From a virus (Duplodnaviria > Caudoviricetes): a stretch of 62,147 nt of DNA. Position 1 is the stretch's first letter; every line of letters starts with the position of its first letter. Location of the stretch: IMG/VR virus record IMGVR_UViG_3300042868_003080, positions 1-62,147 of that record; one strand, given 5' to 3'. This document shows positions 1-8,601 of this stretch, in pieces. The notes beneath the pieces are model-generated. The model saw only the letters and a program-made list of their open reading frames with translations, was not told the origin of the DNA and did no database searches. A program made the translations under genes and the position numbers.

Positions 1-118
1 CATAGATGCCGTTCTGGGTCTCATCGGTCTGCTCATAAACAAGGACGCGGTCAGCGACGCTAACCGTCACGCCGTCGATAACTAGCGCCGCTTGAGTGCC
101 AGCATTAGTCAGGGTAGC
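1..118. repeat. 118-bp direct repeat identical to 62030-62147 (circular assembly overlap)
   Basis: CATAGATGCC...AGGGTAGC occurs at both window ends; an ORF reads in frame across the join; unit genome 62029 bp. Confidence 0.95.
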
Positions 119-706
119 GCCGACCCCGGCGGTGCCGTTGTTGTATGTCGCGTTCAGATTGATGGGGCTTTCGACCCGCACCGGCTGGTGGAAGTGAATA
201 CCGCTTGAGGCTACTGTATCGACGTACTGTTTGTTGGCGATGTCAGTGTTGCTGGCTGGTGCCGTGCTGACCGTGCCCGTGGTCAGCGCAATGGACGTAA
301 TGTCGGTGTTGGCACCTGAAGCCGCTGCGCTGAGGTTAGTCCGTGCCGTAGACGCCACAGTTGCCCCAGTACCACCATTTGCAACAGGTAGTGTTCCGTA
401 ACCCTCAGTTATAGCGCGCTCAGCCGGGTAAGTGACGAATACGTTAGATAGGCCAGTAAGCGAGATTTTAGACCCACCGTCGCTAGATGACAGCACGGTA
501 TCACGGGAGAGCGTAGTCCCCGACGATGTGTAGGTGCCTATCCCGACTTCCCACGCTGTGTCGCTGGTGATTGTGTAGTATGTGGTGTTACCATTGCCGA
601 TAGTCGAAAACGATTGATAGCCAGCAACAGCCCCAGCAAGTGTTACCGTGCCGGTTCCTGTGGTAGTAGTCGTTTCCTGTACGCGATCCGCAAGGGTAAG
701 TGCCAT
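1..706 (-). CDS. 5' part of long tail fibre (751 aa in total, continues at 62029 to 60480)
   Basis: ATG at 706 overlaps the upstream stop (TAATG); manual translation MALTLADRVQETTTTTGTGTVTLAGA...ANKQYVD...VIDGVTVSVADRV joins in frame to ORF 60480..62099; missed by the ORF track. Confidence 0.85.
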   Translation of the reverse strand, partial: MALTLADRVQETTTTTGTGTVTLAGAVAGYQSFSTIGNGNTTYYTITSDTAWEVGIGTYTSSGTTLSRDTVLSSSDGGSKISLTGLSNVFVTYPAERAITEGYGTLPVANGGTGATVASTARTNLSAAASGANTDITSIALTTGTVSTAPASNTDIANKQYVDTVASSGIHFHQPVRVESPINLNATYNNGTAGVGATLTNAGTQAALVIDGVTVSVADRVLVYEQTDETQNGIY

Positions 707-1176
707 TATGCAATCCTGATGATAGCGGTGGTGTTAGTGGCCGTTGGGAAGATGATGGTGAAATCACCGTCCGTTGAAGTCTTATCCGAACCAAAGTCCA
801 ATACAGCAACAGAAGCGTTGGATATCGTAGTGTTCGCGTTCGAGTTAGCTGAAGGCGTTGTGTTATAGATCAAAGCGCCACGAGCCGTAATGGTTGCGTT
901 AGCGAAGGTCAGGTCAGCAAAGTCCGTGAAACCCGTACCTGTGGACGCGTTGTTGGTTGATGTAACAACACCAAGGTTAGTCAACGTACCACCACCAGCG
1001 GTGTAGTTTGTGCCGGTTACTTCGTTAGACGAAGTGTATGTGGCGGTGTTGGCGTCAATCGTAGCCGACGAGGTGTACATCGCCAACTTAAAAGTATCGC
1101 CGCCTACGCGGAAGTCGTGCACAGCCAACATAAGCTCGGCCTTAAACGACGTGGTCATTGCTTGAGTAATTGCCAT
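706..1176 (-). CDS. virion structural protein (Thr-rich, beta-rich)
   Basis: SD AAGGAGG; MAITQAMTTSFKAELM...DFGSDKTSTDGDFTIIFP resembles a common phage tail-cluster protein. Confidence 0.65.
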   Translation of the reverse strand: MAITQAMTTSFKAELMLAVHDFRVGGDTFKLAMYTSSATIDANTATYTSSNEVTGTNYTAGGGTLTNLGVVTSTNNASTGTGFTDFADLTFANATITARGALIYNTTPSANSNANTTISNASVAVLDFGSDKTSTDGDFTIIFPTATNTTAIIRIA

Positions 1177-1188
1177 TTCGTGGCCTCC

Positions 1189-1473
1189 TTATGTATCAAG
1201 TATCGAGGTAAGCTCTGGATACCCCGCCTGTTTAAATTTGTTTACCAGAGTTACGTTATGCGACCGCACAGCTTCGTACATATAATGCACGAGCACTCCA
1301 CGGATACTGTCTTTGAAGGCTTCAGCTTGGTCACGGATAGCAGGATGTGCGTTGCTGCCGACATAGATAATCTTATCCAACGCACGCTCGGCAACTTCTT
1401 CCGGCGTGAAGCCACGTCCTTGGGTCGCCATAACCATGACGTTGCCAATAGTGCCTGAAACGGGGTCAAACAT
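1189..1473 (-). CDS. conserved phage hypothetical protein
   Basis: SD AGGAG; tightly packed in the late operon. Confidence 0.7.
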   Translation of the reverse strand: MFDPVSGTIGNVMVMATQGRGFTPEEVAERALDKIIYVGSNAHPAIRDQAEAFKDSIRGVLVHYMYEAVRSHNVTLVNKFKQAGYPELTSILDT

Positions 1474-1482
1474 CTATATCTC

Positions 1483-2163
1483 CTACGAAACCGGATAACG
1501 CACTTGTGGCGTCCGGTACATATCTTGGCGGTTCTTACCTTCGCCAAGTTGCTTGAGCATCGCCATCGCGTTGTCGTACCGTTTCTGATACTCAGCGTTG
1601 ACGTCCTGCTCGCCCTTCATAAAGACATACGCTTCAATGAGCGAACCATAAAGCAGCGCGCTATCGAAGTTATCACCCAGCCACGACGTCCCAGCAGTTA
1701 CGATGGACTCTGGGTAGTAGAAGTAGTGCAGTTCGACTGCATAGTTCGCGTCTGGCGTTGGCCCCAGAATGTATGAGTTCTCGTCAAAATAGGCGTAGTG
1801 CGTGGGGATACCCGTGCTTGATGGGTTAGGGAACGACTGTCGGATGAAGCTGACGTCCTTATTGAGTAGATACTCATAACGCCCAGTATCGTCGATAACC
1901 GCCATAGAGAAGTTAGCCAGCCAGTCTGAAGGCACTGCGAGGTACTTGTTGCCTGACGTCATGTTACCCGTCACGTTCTTACGTAGGTCAAGCAGCTGCA
2001 CCGTGTTAAAGATGCGCTGCTCAGCCTGTTCGATAAACGTGTTGATCTGTTCGGTAGACGTCAACGTCACCGTGCTGGAGCCGTCAGAGCCGGTCCATGA
2101 GGTGTTGGGGAAGTCGTTTTCGACGTACCCTTTGATTGTCTCGAACAGTTCAGCGTAGTTCAT
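1483..2163 (-). CDS. head-tail adaptor / tail tubular protein A-like
   Basis: INTFIEQAEQRIF, GIPTHYA...LGPTPD..Y.VEL.Y, ALLYGSLIEAY motifs typical of podovirus adaptors; 226 aa. Confidence 0.65.
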   Translation of the reverse strand: MNYAELFETIKGYVENDFPNTSWTGSDGSSTVTLTSTEQINTFIEQAEQRIFNTVQLLDLRKNVTGNMTSGNKYLAVPSDWLANFSMAVIDDTGRYEYLLNKDVSFIRQSFPNPSSTGIPTHYAYFDENSYILGPTPDANYAVELHYFYYPESIVTAGTSWLGDNFDSALLYGSLIEAYVFMKGEQDVNAEYQKRYDNAMAMLKQLGEGKNRQDMYRTPQVRYPVS

Positions 2164-2309
2164 TATGCCAACTTCTTGCTGCTATGCGTGCCCTTAGTTG
2201 CCGCACCCGTACCGCGAGTCTTCACAGTCTGAGTGTTAGCAATGTTGTTAGGGTAACCTGAATTGTTCTTCACAATCGGCACCTGCTTTGGTTGCTTATA
2301 TTCAGCCAT
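2163..2309 (-). CDS. small basic protein (48 aa, RGTGAATKG C-terminal motif)
   Basis: Probable start MAEYKQ at 2309, overlapping the upstream stop. Confidence 0.65.
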   Translation of the reverse strand: MAEYKQPKQVPIVKNNSGYPNNIANTQTVKTRGTGAATKGTHSSKKLA

Positions 2310-2427
2310 TTTTATTGACCTTCCCCATGTCTTTCTTGGGCTTGCTGCCGCTCTTCTGGTTCGCAATCTTCGCCAGATTACGGCCCATTTTTAGCATCTG
2401 CGTATTTGTCTTGCCACCTTTAGCCAT
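2302..2427 (-). CDS. small basic protein MAKGGKTNTQMLKMGRNLAKIANQK (41 aa)
   Basis: Manual translation; GGAG SD upstream; fills the gap between flanking genes; below the ORF-track cutoff. Confidence 0.7.
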   Translation of the reverse strand: MAKGGKTNTQMLKMGRNLAKIANQKSGSKPKKDMGKVNKNG

Positions 2428-2428
2428 T

Positions 2429-2821
2429 TTAATTCTCCGTCTCGATTGTTACGGTCCCTACTTGACCACTACCTAATAGCGTATTTGGGAGACCAAATAA
2501 ACCCAAAGGATTATCTAACCCAACAGGGTTCCACCCCCACTGAATTATGCGACTACCGTCACTTGGGTTGTTGTTCGGGTTGAGACCCGCTTGGTAGTAG
2601 CTGTTGTCTGGGCGTGGATTGCGCAGAGCTTGTGGGTCATCCACAGGATACATACCAAGCTGCAACTGCGGCTGATCAGGTTCCCAACACGTAGGGCACA
2701 CCAGAATGTTGACGTTCTTGGTCTTAATGACGAGCCGCTTGAGTTCCTTCAGCTTATAGCGGAAGTTACAACGGTCGCACTGGGCGATTGCCCACTTACC
2801 AGATGCAAACCGATTAGGCAC
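2429..2821 (-). CDS. zinc-ribbon protein (CDRC...CPTC)
   Basis: Two CxxC pairs; DPQALRNPRPD motif; late cluster. Confidence 0.7.
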   Translation of the reverse strand: MPNRFASGKWAIAQCDRCNFRYKLKELKRLVIKTKNVNILVCPTCWEPDQPQLQLGMYPVDDPQALRNPRPDNSYYQAGLNPNNNPSDGSRIIQWGWNPVGLDNPLGLFGLPNTLLGSGQVGTVTIETEN

Positions 2822-2824
2822 ACG

Positions 2825-3565
2825 TCACCGGAAATACTGACGAGGCGCAAGGCGTAATGGTGCCTTCTCGCGGTCCTCATCAGCAGCCTGCTGCCAGAGT
2901 TCTTCGTACTGCATCTTCAACCCAACAGAACGCTCAAGTGCACCGGGGATTTTCAAGGATAGGTGATACGCGAGACCAGCCACCATACAAGGGATGAACC
3001 TAAACGGTATATCTTGCGTAGTAACACCATCACCAGCATCCTGTAATCGGCGCAAGCGCCAGTAGACAAAGGTATAGAAGTTATCTTGGTCTGGGGCTGG
3101 CCAGACGTTAATCGACGGGTGATCGACACCCGTAGTCGAGTTAGTGCCCGCAGGCCGTCCACCTGCCGGATAGGTCGCACCTGACTGGCGGTTAATCCAT
3201 ACCTGAATAGGACGCCCTTGAGCGTTCTTGTTCGGAATTGTCGAGTACGTATCGACGCTGATACGGTTAATTGTGATGTCGGTCTGCTGCTCCCCAGTCT
3301 GGGTGCGCACGACATGCTCAAGCAAGTCGATGGTATCGACGGGTAAATCGTAAACAATCTGCCCCTGCACCATGGGGATTGACCCCTGCTCGATGGTCCA
3401 CAGGTTAATACCGCGATTGGCCCACTCAATAGTGAGCAGGTTCAAGCTACGGCGCGCAGTACGTAAGTCATAACCCGTGCGGAGTTCTGCACCGCAACGC
3501 TCAAAAGCCTCTTCGACTAAGTCGTTGAGGTTGAGGTTAAATGTGCTGGTGCCCGAGGTAGTCAT
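2825..3565 (-). CDS. head completion / adaptor-like virion protein
   Basis: LVEEAFERCG, ARRSLNLLTIEWANRG, GRP..VW.NR, WPAPD motifs resembling P22 gp4 / tail tubular A-type proteins. Confidence 0.55.
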   Translation of the reverse strand: MTTSGTSTFNLNLNDLVEEAFERCGAELRTGYDLRTARRSLNLLTIEWANRGINLWTIEQGSIPMVQGQIVYDLPVDTIDLLEHVVRTQTGEQQTDITINRISVDTYSTIPNKNAQGRPIQVWINRQSGATYPAGGRPAGTNSTTGVDHPSINVWPAPDQDNFYTFVYWRLRRLQDAGDGVTTQDIPFRFIPCMVAGLAYHLSLKIPGALERSVGLKMQYEELWQQAADEDREKAPLRLAPRQYFR

Positions 3566-3957
3566 CTGTATTTCGCCGCCTTCTTCGCTATGGCCTTCGG
3601 CTGCTTAACAAACTGTTTGCCAGCCTTAATACCTGCGCGTTTCGCCTTACTTGTAGCAGAGTATTCCTGCGAACTCAAAGCCTCACGTGCTTTCTTAGGT
3701 AAGTAGCGCTCACCCGTGGCTTTCGACCCTTGAGTAGACGGCTTGCCCGACTTGGTTCCCCAGTCTTCCTTGGTCCATTTGGACAGAGATTTCTGCGCTT
3801 CTGTCTTTGGGCCACTATAACTGCCGCCAGACTTCTTATACCGCTGGGTCGCAAGCTGGGCTTTTCGGGCGGACCATTGACCTGCGTTTCCACCCTTCGT
3901 GCCAGCCTTTACGCTGGCAACGATGCGCTTCCATTTAGGTTCGTCCGACCGAGCCAT
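3562..3957 (-). CDS. basic conserved protein (DUF5872-like)
   Basis: GQWSARKAQLATQRYKKSGGSY...LSKWTKEDW...ERYLP motif (family recalled, not searched). Confidence 0.6.
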   Translation of the reverse strand: MARSDEPKWKRIVASVKAGTKGGNAGQWSARKAQLATQRYKKSGGSYSGPKTEAQKSLSKWTKEDWGTKSGKPSTQGSKATGERYLPKKAREALSSQEYSATSKAKRAGIKAGKQFVKQPKAIAKKAAKYR

Positions 3958-4241
3958 TACTTCTTCTTAAAGCCCTTCAGCATCTGCGCAAACCGTGCAC
4001 GTTGGCCTAACTTACCTGGAGCCTTAGCGGCCTTAGCAAGTTTACCTGCTGGGATTGGCTTGCCCTTCTTGGCACCAAGAGCCGAGCGCAGTGCACCCGG
4101 CTTCTTGATAGCCTTCGAAATGTCGAGCTTCCCGCCTTTGGCGTACATGGTCACTTCGTCGGGGTTATCCTTCCGACGAATTGTCTTCGCCCCCGGCATT
4201 TTAGAAGGGTTTATAGCCCCCATACCCCGACAAGCGCGCAT
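3957..4241 (-). CDS. small basic protein (YAKGG; AIKKPGALR motif)
   Basis: Lys/Arg-rich; coupled start/stop overlaps. Confidence 0.7.
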   Translation of the reverse strand: MRACRGMGAINPSKMPGAKTIRRKDNPDEVTMYAKGGKLDISKAIKKPGALRSALGAKKGKPIPAGKLAKAAKAPGKLGQRARFAQMLKGFKKK

Positions 4242-4582
4242 CAGACCATTTTACCTTTAGTCTTGCCCTTCTTGGCAATACCGTCAGCAGATTTGTGACC
4301 ACCAACAAGACCGCCTGAAGCGTAGCATTTGCCGCCGCCAGCCTTCTTGACCATTGCACGGCCCTTGGTATCAGCCGACTTCTTCTTCATTGCAGCGCCG
4401 AACTTAGGTGCCATCTTTCCACCTTTCGCCATACCTGGCGTAGCGTTGCGCTTCGCCAATTCCTTAAGGAACTCTTTACGCTCTGGGGTCAACGGCACGG
4501 TGTTTGCACCGCCAGTGATTGGTTCTTTCGGCGTTTTCGGCGTGTTTGTTGGCGTTTTTGGTGTTTTCTTCTTATCCATCAT
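4241..4582 (-). CDS. small basic protein (MAKGG, YASGG; C-terminal ADGIAKKGKTKG)
   Basis: Lys-rich; coupled overlaps. Confidence 0.7.
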   Translation of the reverse strand: MMDKKKTPKTPTNTPKTPKEPITGGANTVPLTPERKEFLKELAKRNATPGMAKGGKMAPKFGAAMKKKSADTKGRAMVKKAGGGKCYASGGLVGGHKSADGIAKKGKTKGKMV

Positions 4583-4827
4583 GACTTTGTCCTTCCTATC
4601 TCTTCAACTTTAGCTTCGAGGCGTTCGAAGGCCCGATCAAACCGGTCACCAAGCCTATCGACCATTACATTAACTTCAGCGCGAGTGACATGTTCACGCG
4701 CCACTTCTTCGCGGGTCTTATTGAGCAGGATGCCGAGACGATCCAACTCGTCGATCTTCCCCCTAAGGAAGAAGCCCATTACCGCCACCACGATGCTAAG
4801 TGCGATGTTCCAGAGCATCATTTCCAT
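4579..4827 (-). CDS. small membrane protein with coiled coil
   Basis: N-terminal hydrophobic helix WNIALSIVVAVMGFFL followed by a heptad region. Confidence 0.65.
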   Translation of the reverse strand: MEMMLWNIALSIVVAVMGFFLRGKIDELDRLGILLNKTREEVAREHVTRAEVNVMVDRLGDRFDRAFERLEAKVEEIGRTKS

Positions 4828-4828
4828 G

Positions 4829-5083
4829 TCAGCACTTCCAAGCCCTGAGGCTTTTGTTGATGCGGCTGTTGGGGTCGTTCGCGGTCTTCTTGCTGGTCAG
4901 CTTCTTCTTCATCCCAGACATCCGAGCACAGAATGACTTCTTACGCGGACCACCTTCAGGCTGCGGAGCCTTAAGCCCCGGCTTACCCGGATTGGCTTTG
5001 TTGTAAGACGCACGACCCTTGGCGTTCAGCCCGCCAGACTTCGCTTTGCCTTCTTTGCGTTGCCATGCGGGCGTCTTAGCCAT
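4829..5083 (-). CDS. basic conserved phage protein
   Basis: GGLNAKGRASYN...RKKSFCARMSG...DPNSRINKSLRAWKC, a motif I recognise from environmental phages. Confidence 0.7.
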   Translation of the reverse strand: MAKTPAWQRKEGKAKSGGLNAKGRASYNKANPGKPGLKAPQPEGGPRKKSFCARMSGMKKKLTSKKTANDPNSRINKSLRAWKC

Positions 5084-5259
5084 TAGACAAACTTACCCTT
5101 GGTTTTGCCCTTGGTCGCGCAGCCGTCGGCACGCTTCGAGGCGGAACCGCCAGCGGCAAGCTTAGTCGGGGTCTTACCCTTGTGCATGTTGCGCTCGTGC
5201 TTATGCACGGCTGAGGCGATCATAGCCTTGTCCTGCTTAAGGTCTGCCTTATCCATCAT
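5083..5259 (-). CDS. small basic protein (LAAGG; C-terminal ADGCATKGKTKG)
   Basis: Probable start MMDKADLKQDK at 5259 (ATGA overlap). Confidence 0.65.
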   Translation of the reverse strand: MMDKADLKQDKAMIASAVHKHERNMHKGKTPTKLAAGGSASKRADGCATKGKTKGKFV

Positions 5260-5993
5260 GCTGCATCCTTCTGTGCGGGGACAACCATCGGGTAGAGAAT
5301 ATCGTCGCCGTAGTTGCCGATATATTCCTGTACGCCCATGTGGCCCAGTGTGATTGTGGGGTCTACCCACACTTCAAAGCCAAGTTCCCGTGCACGGTCG
5401 CAGAAGAGGAAATCTTCTCCGATATAACCTTCGTCGGTAACAAGGAAATCGAACATGGCGTTTAGCATGCGGTCAGACCGCGTGTCGTAGTAGCTCCACT
5501 CTGGGTGGGCTTCCGACATCTGCTCAAACACTTCGCGGCGCACCAGCATAAATGCTGTAGCTACGCGCTTCGCACGAACCAGACCCATCTGGTTCATGGT
5601 GAGTTGGTTGTTCTCGTCGTGGTCGAGAGTAGCGATATAATTTTTGGTTTCGCTGCGCGTACGGGGAACCGCAGCTACAATACCCTTCTTAGGGTCGGTG
5701 CCCCACGCCATAAGGCGGAACACATCTTCCGGCTCGAAGTTAATGTCCGAGTCGATGAACATTAGGTAGTCGCACTTTGACTCTAGCAGGTCTTGCGCCA
5801 GCAGGTTGCGTGCACGAGAAACAACCGAACACCCGCATATGCTGCCGATGTGAAGTTCAATTCCGTGTGCCGCAGCCTGCTGAGCAAAACGAGCAAGAGA
5901 AACAGCTAGCTTCAAGGATACCTTGAAGTCGTACGCTGGAAGAGCGATGAAGACGCTCTTACCAGCTAAGTCGTAGCTTTGTTCCTGTTGCAT
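5256..5993 (-). CDS. GT-A fold (GT2-like) glycosyltransferase
   Basis: IALPAY...SRARN...YLMFIDSD (DxD)...AFMLVRREVF...GEDFLFC...LGH. Confidence 0.75.
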   Translation of the reverse strand: MQQEQSYDLAGKSVFIALPAYDFKVSLKLAVSLARFAQQAAAHGIELHIGSICGCSVVSRARNLLAQDLLESKCDYLMFIDSDINFEPEDVFRLMAWGTDPKKGIVAAVPRTRSETKNYIATLDHDENNQLTMNQMGLVRAKRVATAFMLVRREVFEQMSEAHPEWSYYDTRSDRMLNAMFDFLVTDEGYIGEDFLFCDRARELGFEVWVDPTITLGHMGVQEYIGNYGDDILYPMVVPAQKDAA

Positions 5994-5996
5994 ATA

Positions 5997-6470
5997 TCAC
6001 CCGTAGAAGATGGTGGCATGGACGTTAGCATCAGTAAATGCCCGAATACCGGTTTCTGCCAATATACCTTCGCCGGGGATAACAATGCTGTATGCCGTAG
6101 CGTTCTGTGAGTCCGCTTGAAGCAATACCCGAGGCCACACAACAACAGCACCGCTAGCGCCACCGGTATTAGGTACAGCCACAGTGAAGGTGTCTGTACC
6201 TGTTACAGTGACTAGGTATGGGTCATCCCCTAAATCCCAATCAAGATACGCCCACTGCCCAGTCGAGAGACCGTGATTAACCGCAGTTATCGTAGCCGTA
6301 GTGGTGGACCGAGCATATGTGCCGGTTACCGATACGTCATCGGCAAACACTGTGTACCGTGTAGCGGTAACGAGGGGGGAGATAACCGCCCCCTTGAGAC
6401 GTGTGCGATACCCTACCGCCAACCCACTGGTGGCAATGTGGATAGATTTGACATCATATTGCATACCCAT
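5997..6470 (-). CDS. virion structural / decoration protein
   Basis: SD AAGGAG; beta-rich; IPGEGIL...TIFYG C-terminus; downstream of the capsid gene. Confidence 0.55.
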   Translation of the reverse strand: MGMQYDVKSIHIATSGLAVGYRTRLKGAVISPLVTATRYTVFADDVSVTGTYARSTTTATITAVNHGLSTGQWAYLDWDLGDDPYLVTVTGTDTFTVAVPNTGGASGAVVVWPRVLLQADSQNATAYSIVIPGEGILAETGIRAFTDANVHATIFYG

Positions 6471-6501
6471 CAGTATTCTCCTTCTTAGAGGTTGTTACCG
6501 A

Positions 6502-6870
6502 TTAAGCAGCGGTTGTGAGCGCAGTCCAAGTGGTCGAGCCGTTCGTATTGATGTACGCACGGTCACCAGTACCCGAACCATCGCTACGCAGGTAGAGCGA
6601 ACCCTTAGCTGCAGCAATCGTCGGAGCGCCTGAACCCATGTATACGCCCATGCCAGCAGCAGTATTGGTGCCGATGAAAGCAGCAGCGCCGCCAGCCGTG
6701 AGGGCTGAACCGCTAAGAGTAGTAACAGTGCCTGTAGCGGCCAAAGAAGTTACCGAAGTAGCTGCGCCAAATGTACCAGTTACGGTTACAGCGCCGGTCG
6801 TGGCGTTGATTGAAATTGTCTGGAAGCCGTTCTCAGAACGAACTGGACCGTTAAATGTGGTATTAGCCAT
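6502..6870 (-). CDS. virion decoration / fibre-like protein
   Basis: MANTTFNGPVRSENGF N-terminus; GSGAP..AAKGSLYLR..G motif. Confidence 0.55.
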   Translation of the reverse strand: MANTTFNGPVRSENGFQTISINATTGAVTVTGTFGAATSVTSLAATGTVTTLSGSALTAGGAAAFIGTNTAAGMGVYMGSGAPTIAAAKGSLYLRSDGSGTGDRAYINTNGSTTWTALTTAA

Positions 6871-6973
6871 GATTTATCTCCTGTGTAGTAGCACTCGTAC
6901 GTACCGTCTCTACTAAGTCCGCTGGGCCGGTCGGTACGAATAATATCCCTAGTGCCGTAGATATAGCACAAAC

Positions 6974-7007
6974 AAAAAAGAAGGGAAGAGATTTCTCTCC
7001 TCCCTTC
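6974..7007 (-). terminator. rho-independent terminator after the major capsid gene
   Basis: Minus strand GAAGGGAGGAGA-GAAA-TCTCTTCCCTTC-TTTTTT: 12-bp stem, GNRA loop, U tract. Confidence 0.85.
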
Positions 7008-7043
7008 CCCCCGTTCCCTTGAGCTACGCTCTCGGGGAAACTA

Positions 7044-7955
7044 TTAGGCTGCGCCTTCGCTGCCGTACATACCCAGAGGGTCTGACCAGCCGAACGAATA
7101 ACGCTCACGAGCCTTGTAACGTACGTTACCAGTATCGAAGTCACCGTCCATGCCCGTCGCCATTGGCGTACGAACAAAGTGCTTCAGACCGTTTGGCACG
7201 TCGGTGGTCAAGAACCACGCGTCAGTGTCGGTCAAGAAGTGGTTTACGGCGTAACCTTCTGGGATCGAGCCGTTCGACTTCAGTGCGTTGATGTCGTTGT
7301 CTGCAGTCGAAACGCGAAGTTCGGTTTCGAGCAAGCGAGTAGCAACAAACATCAGGCTTGGCGGTACGACAAGCTTACGCGGTTTAGCCGCGATGAGCAG
7401 GCCACGTTCATCCGTCCACGCTGCGATCTGAATTACAGCCGCTTCAAGCGACGTTTCGTTCAAATCAGCAGGAGTGCTTGGGATGTTCGAGTTCGTGCCA
7501 CCAGAAACCAATGGGTGCGAAGCCGAGAACAATGGTTGACCGTCACCGCCAGTGTAGTCGGTGTCGAAGCCGTTGTTCAAGACTGCAGCAGCCTTAGTTT
7601 GCTTGGTGTAGGCCATGGCGCGAGCCAGTGCCTTCGTGTAACGCGACGACAAGGAGTCGTACAAGTTATCTTCAATCGCTTCTTCCGTGAGCGAGAACCC
7701 GAGGGCAATCGTTTCATGGTTGTAGCGAGCAGTGAAGACTTCCTGTGCGTTGTCGTACGCGATGGCCGAACCTTCGTTCTTGACTGGAGCAGCCGAGAAA
7801 CCAGAAAGCTTTGTTTCTTCTTCGAACGAACGCTCGGAAGTTTCAGTTTCGTAGATTTCTTTGTGCTCTTCGCCGTAACGTGCATACTCGAGGCCGAACA
7901 AAGCGTTCAGTCCGGGCAACAGTTCTTTAAGAAGTTGTGCGCGTGAAATTGCCAT
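7044..7955 (-). CDS. major capsid protein
   Basis: MAISRAQLLKELLPGLNALFGLEY...GDFDTGNVRYKARERYSFGWSD; 303 aa; strong SD; followed by a terminator; downstream of the scaffold. Confidence 0.85.
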   Translation of the reverse strand: MAISRAQLLKELLPGLNALFGLEYARYGEEHKEIYETETSERSFEEETKLSGFSAAPVKNEGSAIAYDNAQEVFTARYNHETIALGFSLTEEAIEDNLYDSLSSRYTKALARAMAYTKQTKAAAVLNNGFDTDYTGGDGQPLFSASHPLVSGGTNSNIPSTPADLNETSLEAAVIQIAAWTDERGLLIAAKPRKLVVPPSLMFVATRLLETELRVSTADNDINALKSNGSIPEGYAVNHFLTDTDAWFLTTDVPNGLKHFVRTPMATGMDGDFDTGNVRYKARERYSFGWSDPLGMYGSEGAA

Positions 7956-7967
7956 TGTTCAGTCTCC

Positions 7968-8585
7968 TTATGCCAGACCGGTTGGGTTGAGGTAGCTGTG
8001 GGTGCCTTGGTTCCACTTGACGATAACTTCGGTGTAAGAACCGGGGTTACCTGCAATAGCGGTCTCAGGAACAACGTCCACAACGCGGATTGGCCACGTC
8101 GAAGTAGTACCTTCGGTCGAGTCTACACCGACCTTAGAGTTACCGTTCGAAGTTGAACCTACGTTGTTCGCACCGTTAGCGAGCTTGAGGTTCGAACCAA
8201 CAGCAGCCTGTGTTACATAGCTGACAGTGTTCGAGTTGGTACCAGCGCATACAGCGACCTTGAACAACGCATCAGGGTCTTCCTGAATGTACGCTGTGAC
8301 GTCACTGATGTTCGTGGTGCCGGGGTAGTACTGACGGAATGTCAGACCAAAGGTTGGGTCCGTATAGGTACAACCGAGGAAAACACCGACTGGGGTTGCA
8401 GCGTCTGTACCAGTGTCCTTGCCAACAGTACCGCCTGCGAGCAACTTAACGACGTCACCATAGAAAATGGCAGTCGAAGAGTTGGTTGCGATTGGAAGTT
8501 GACGAGTAGCACCAGCAAAAACCTGTCCGCCAATCAAGTTGATTGGGATTAGCCCGTAAGGGCTGGTAACAGAAGGGTATGCCAT
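7968..8585 (-). CDS. head decoration / minor capsid protein
   Basis: PYGLIP...AIFYGDVV...GVFLGCTY..DP motifs; immediately upstream of the capsid gene. Confidence 0.6.
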   Translation of the reverse strand: MAYPSVTSPYGLIPINLIGGQVFAGATRQLPIATNSSTAIFYGDVVKLLAGGTVGKDTGTDAATPVGVFLGCTYTDPTFGLTFRQYYPGTTNISDVTAYIQEDPDALFKVAVCAGTNSNTVSYVTQAAVGSNLKLANGANNVGSTSNGNSKVGVDSTEGTTSTWPIRVVDVVPETAIAGNPGSYTEVIVKWNQGTHSYLNPTGLA

Positions 8586-8601
8586 TTTATAGCTCCTTTA
8601 G

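Noticed and set aside
2302-2366. Programmed frameshift joining the two small basic ORFs
   Set aside because: The downstream ORF has its own ATG at 2309 overlapping the upstream stop region; no canonical slippery heptamer
7179-7946. Long opposite-strand ORFs (also 11477-12004, 43376-43915, 52926-53495, 56226-57061)
   Set aside because: Shadows of well-supported genes caused by codon bias; no recognisable motifs
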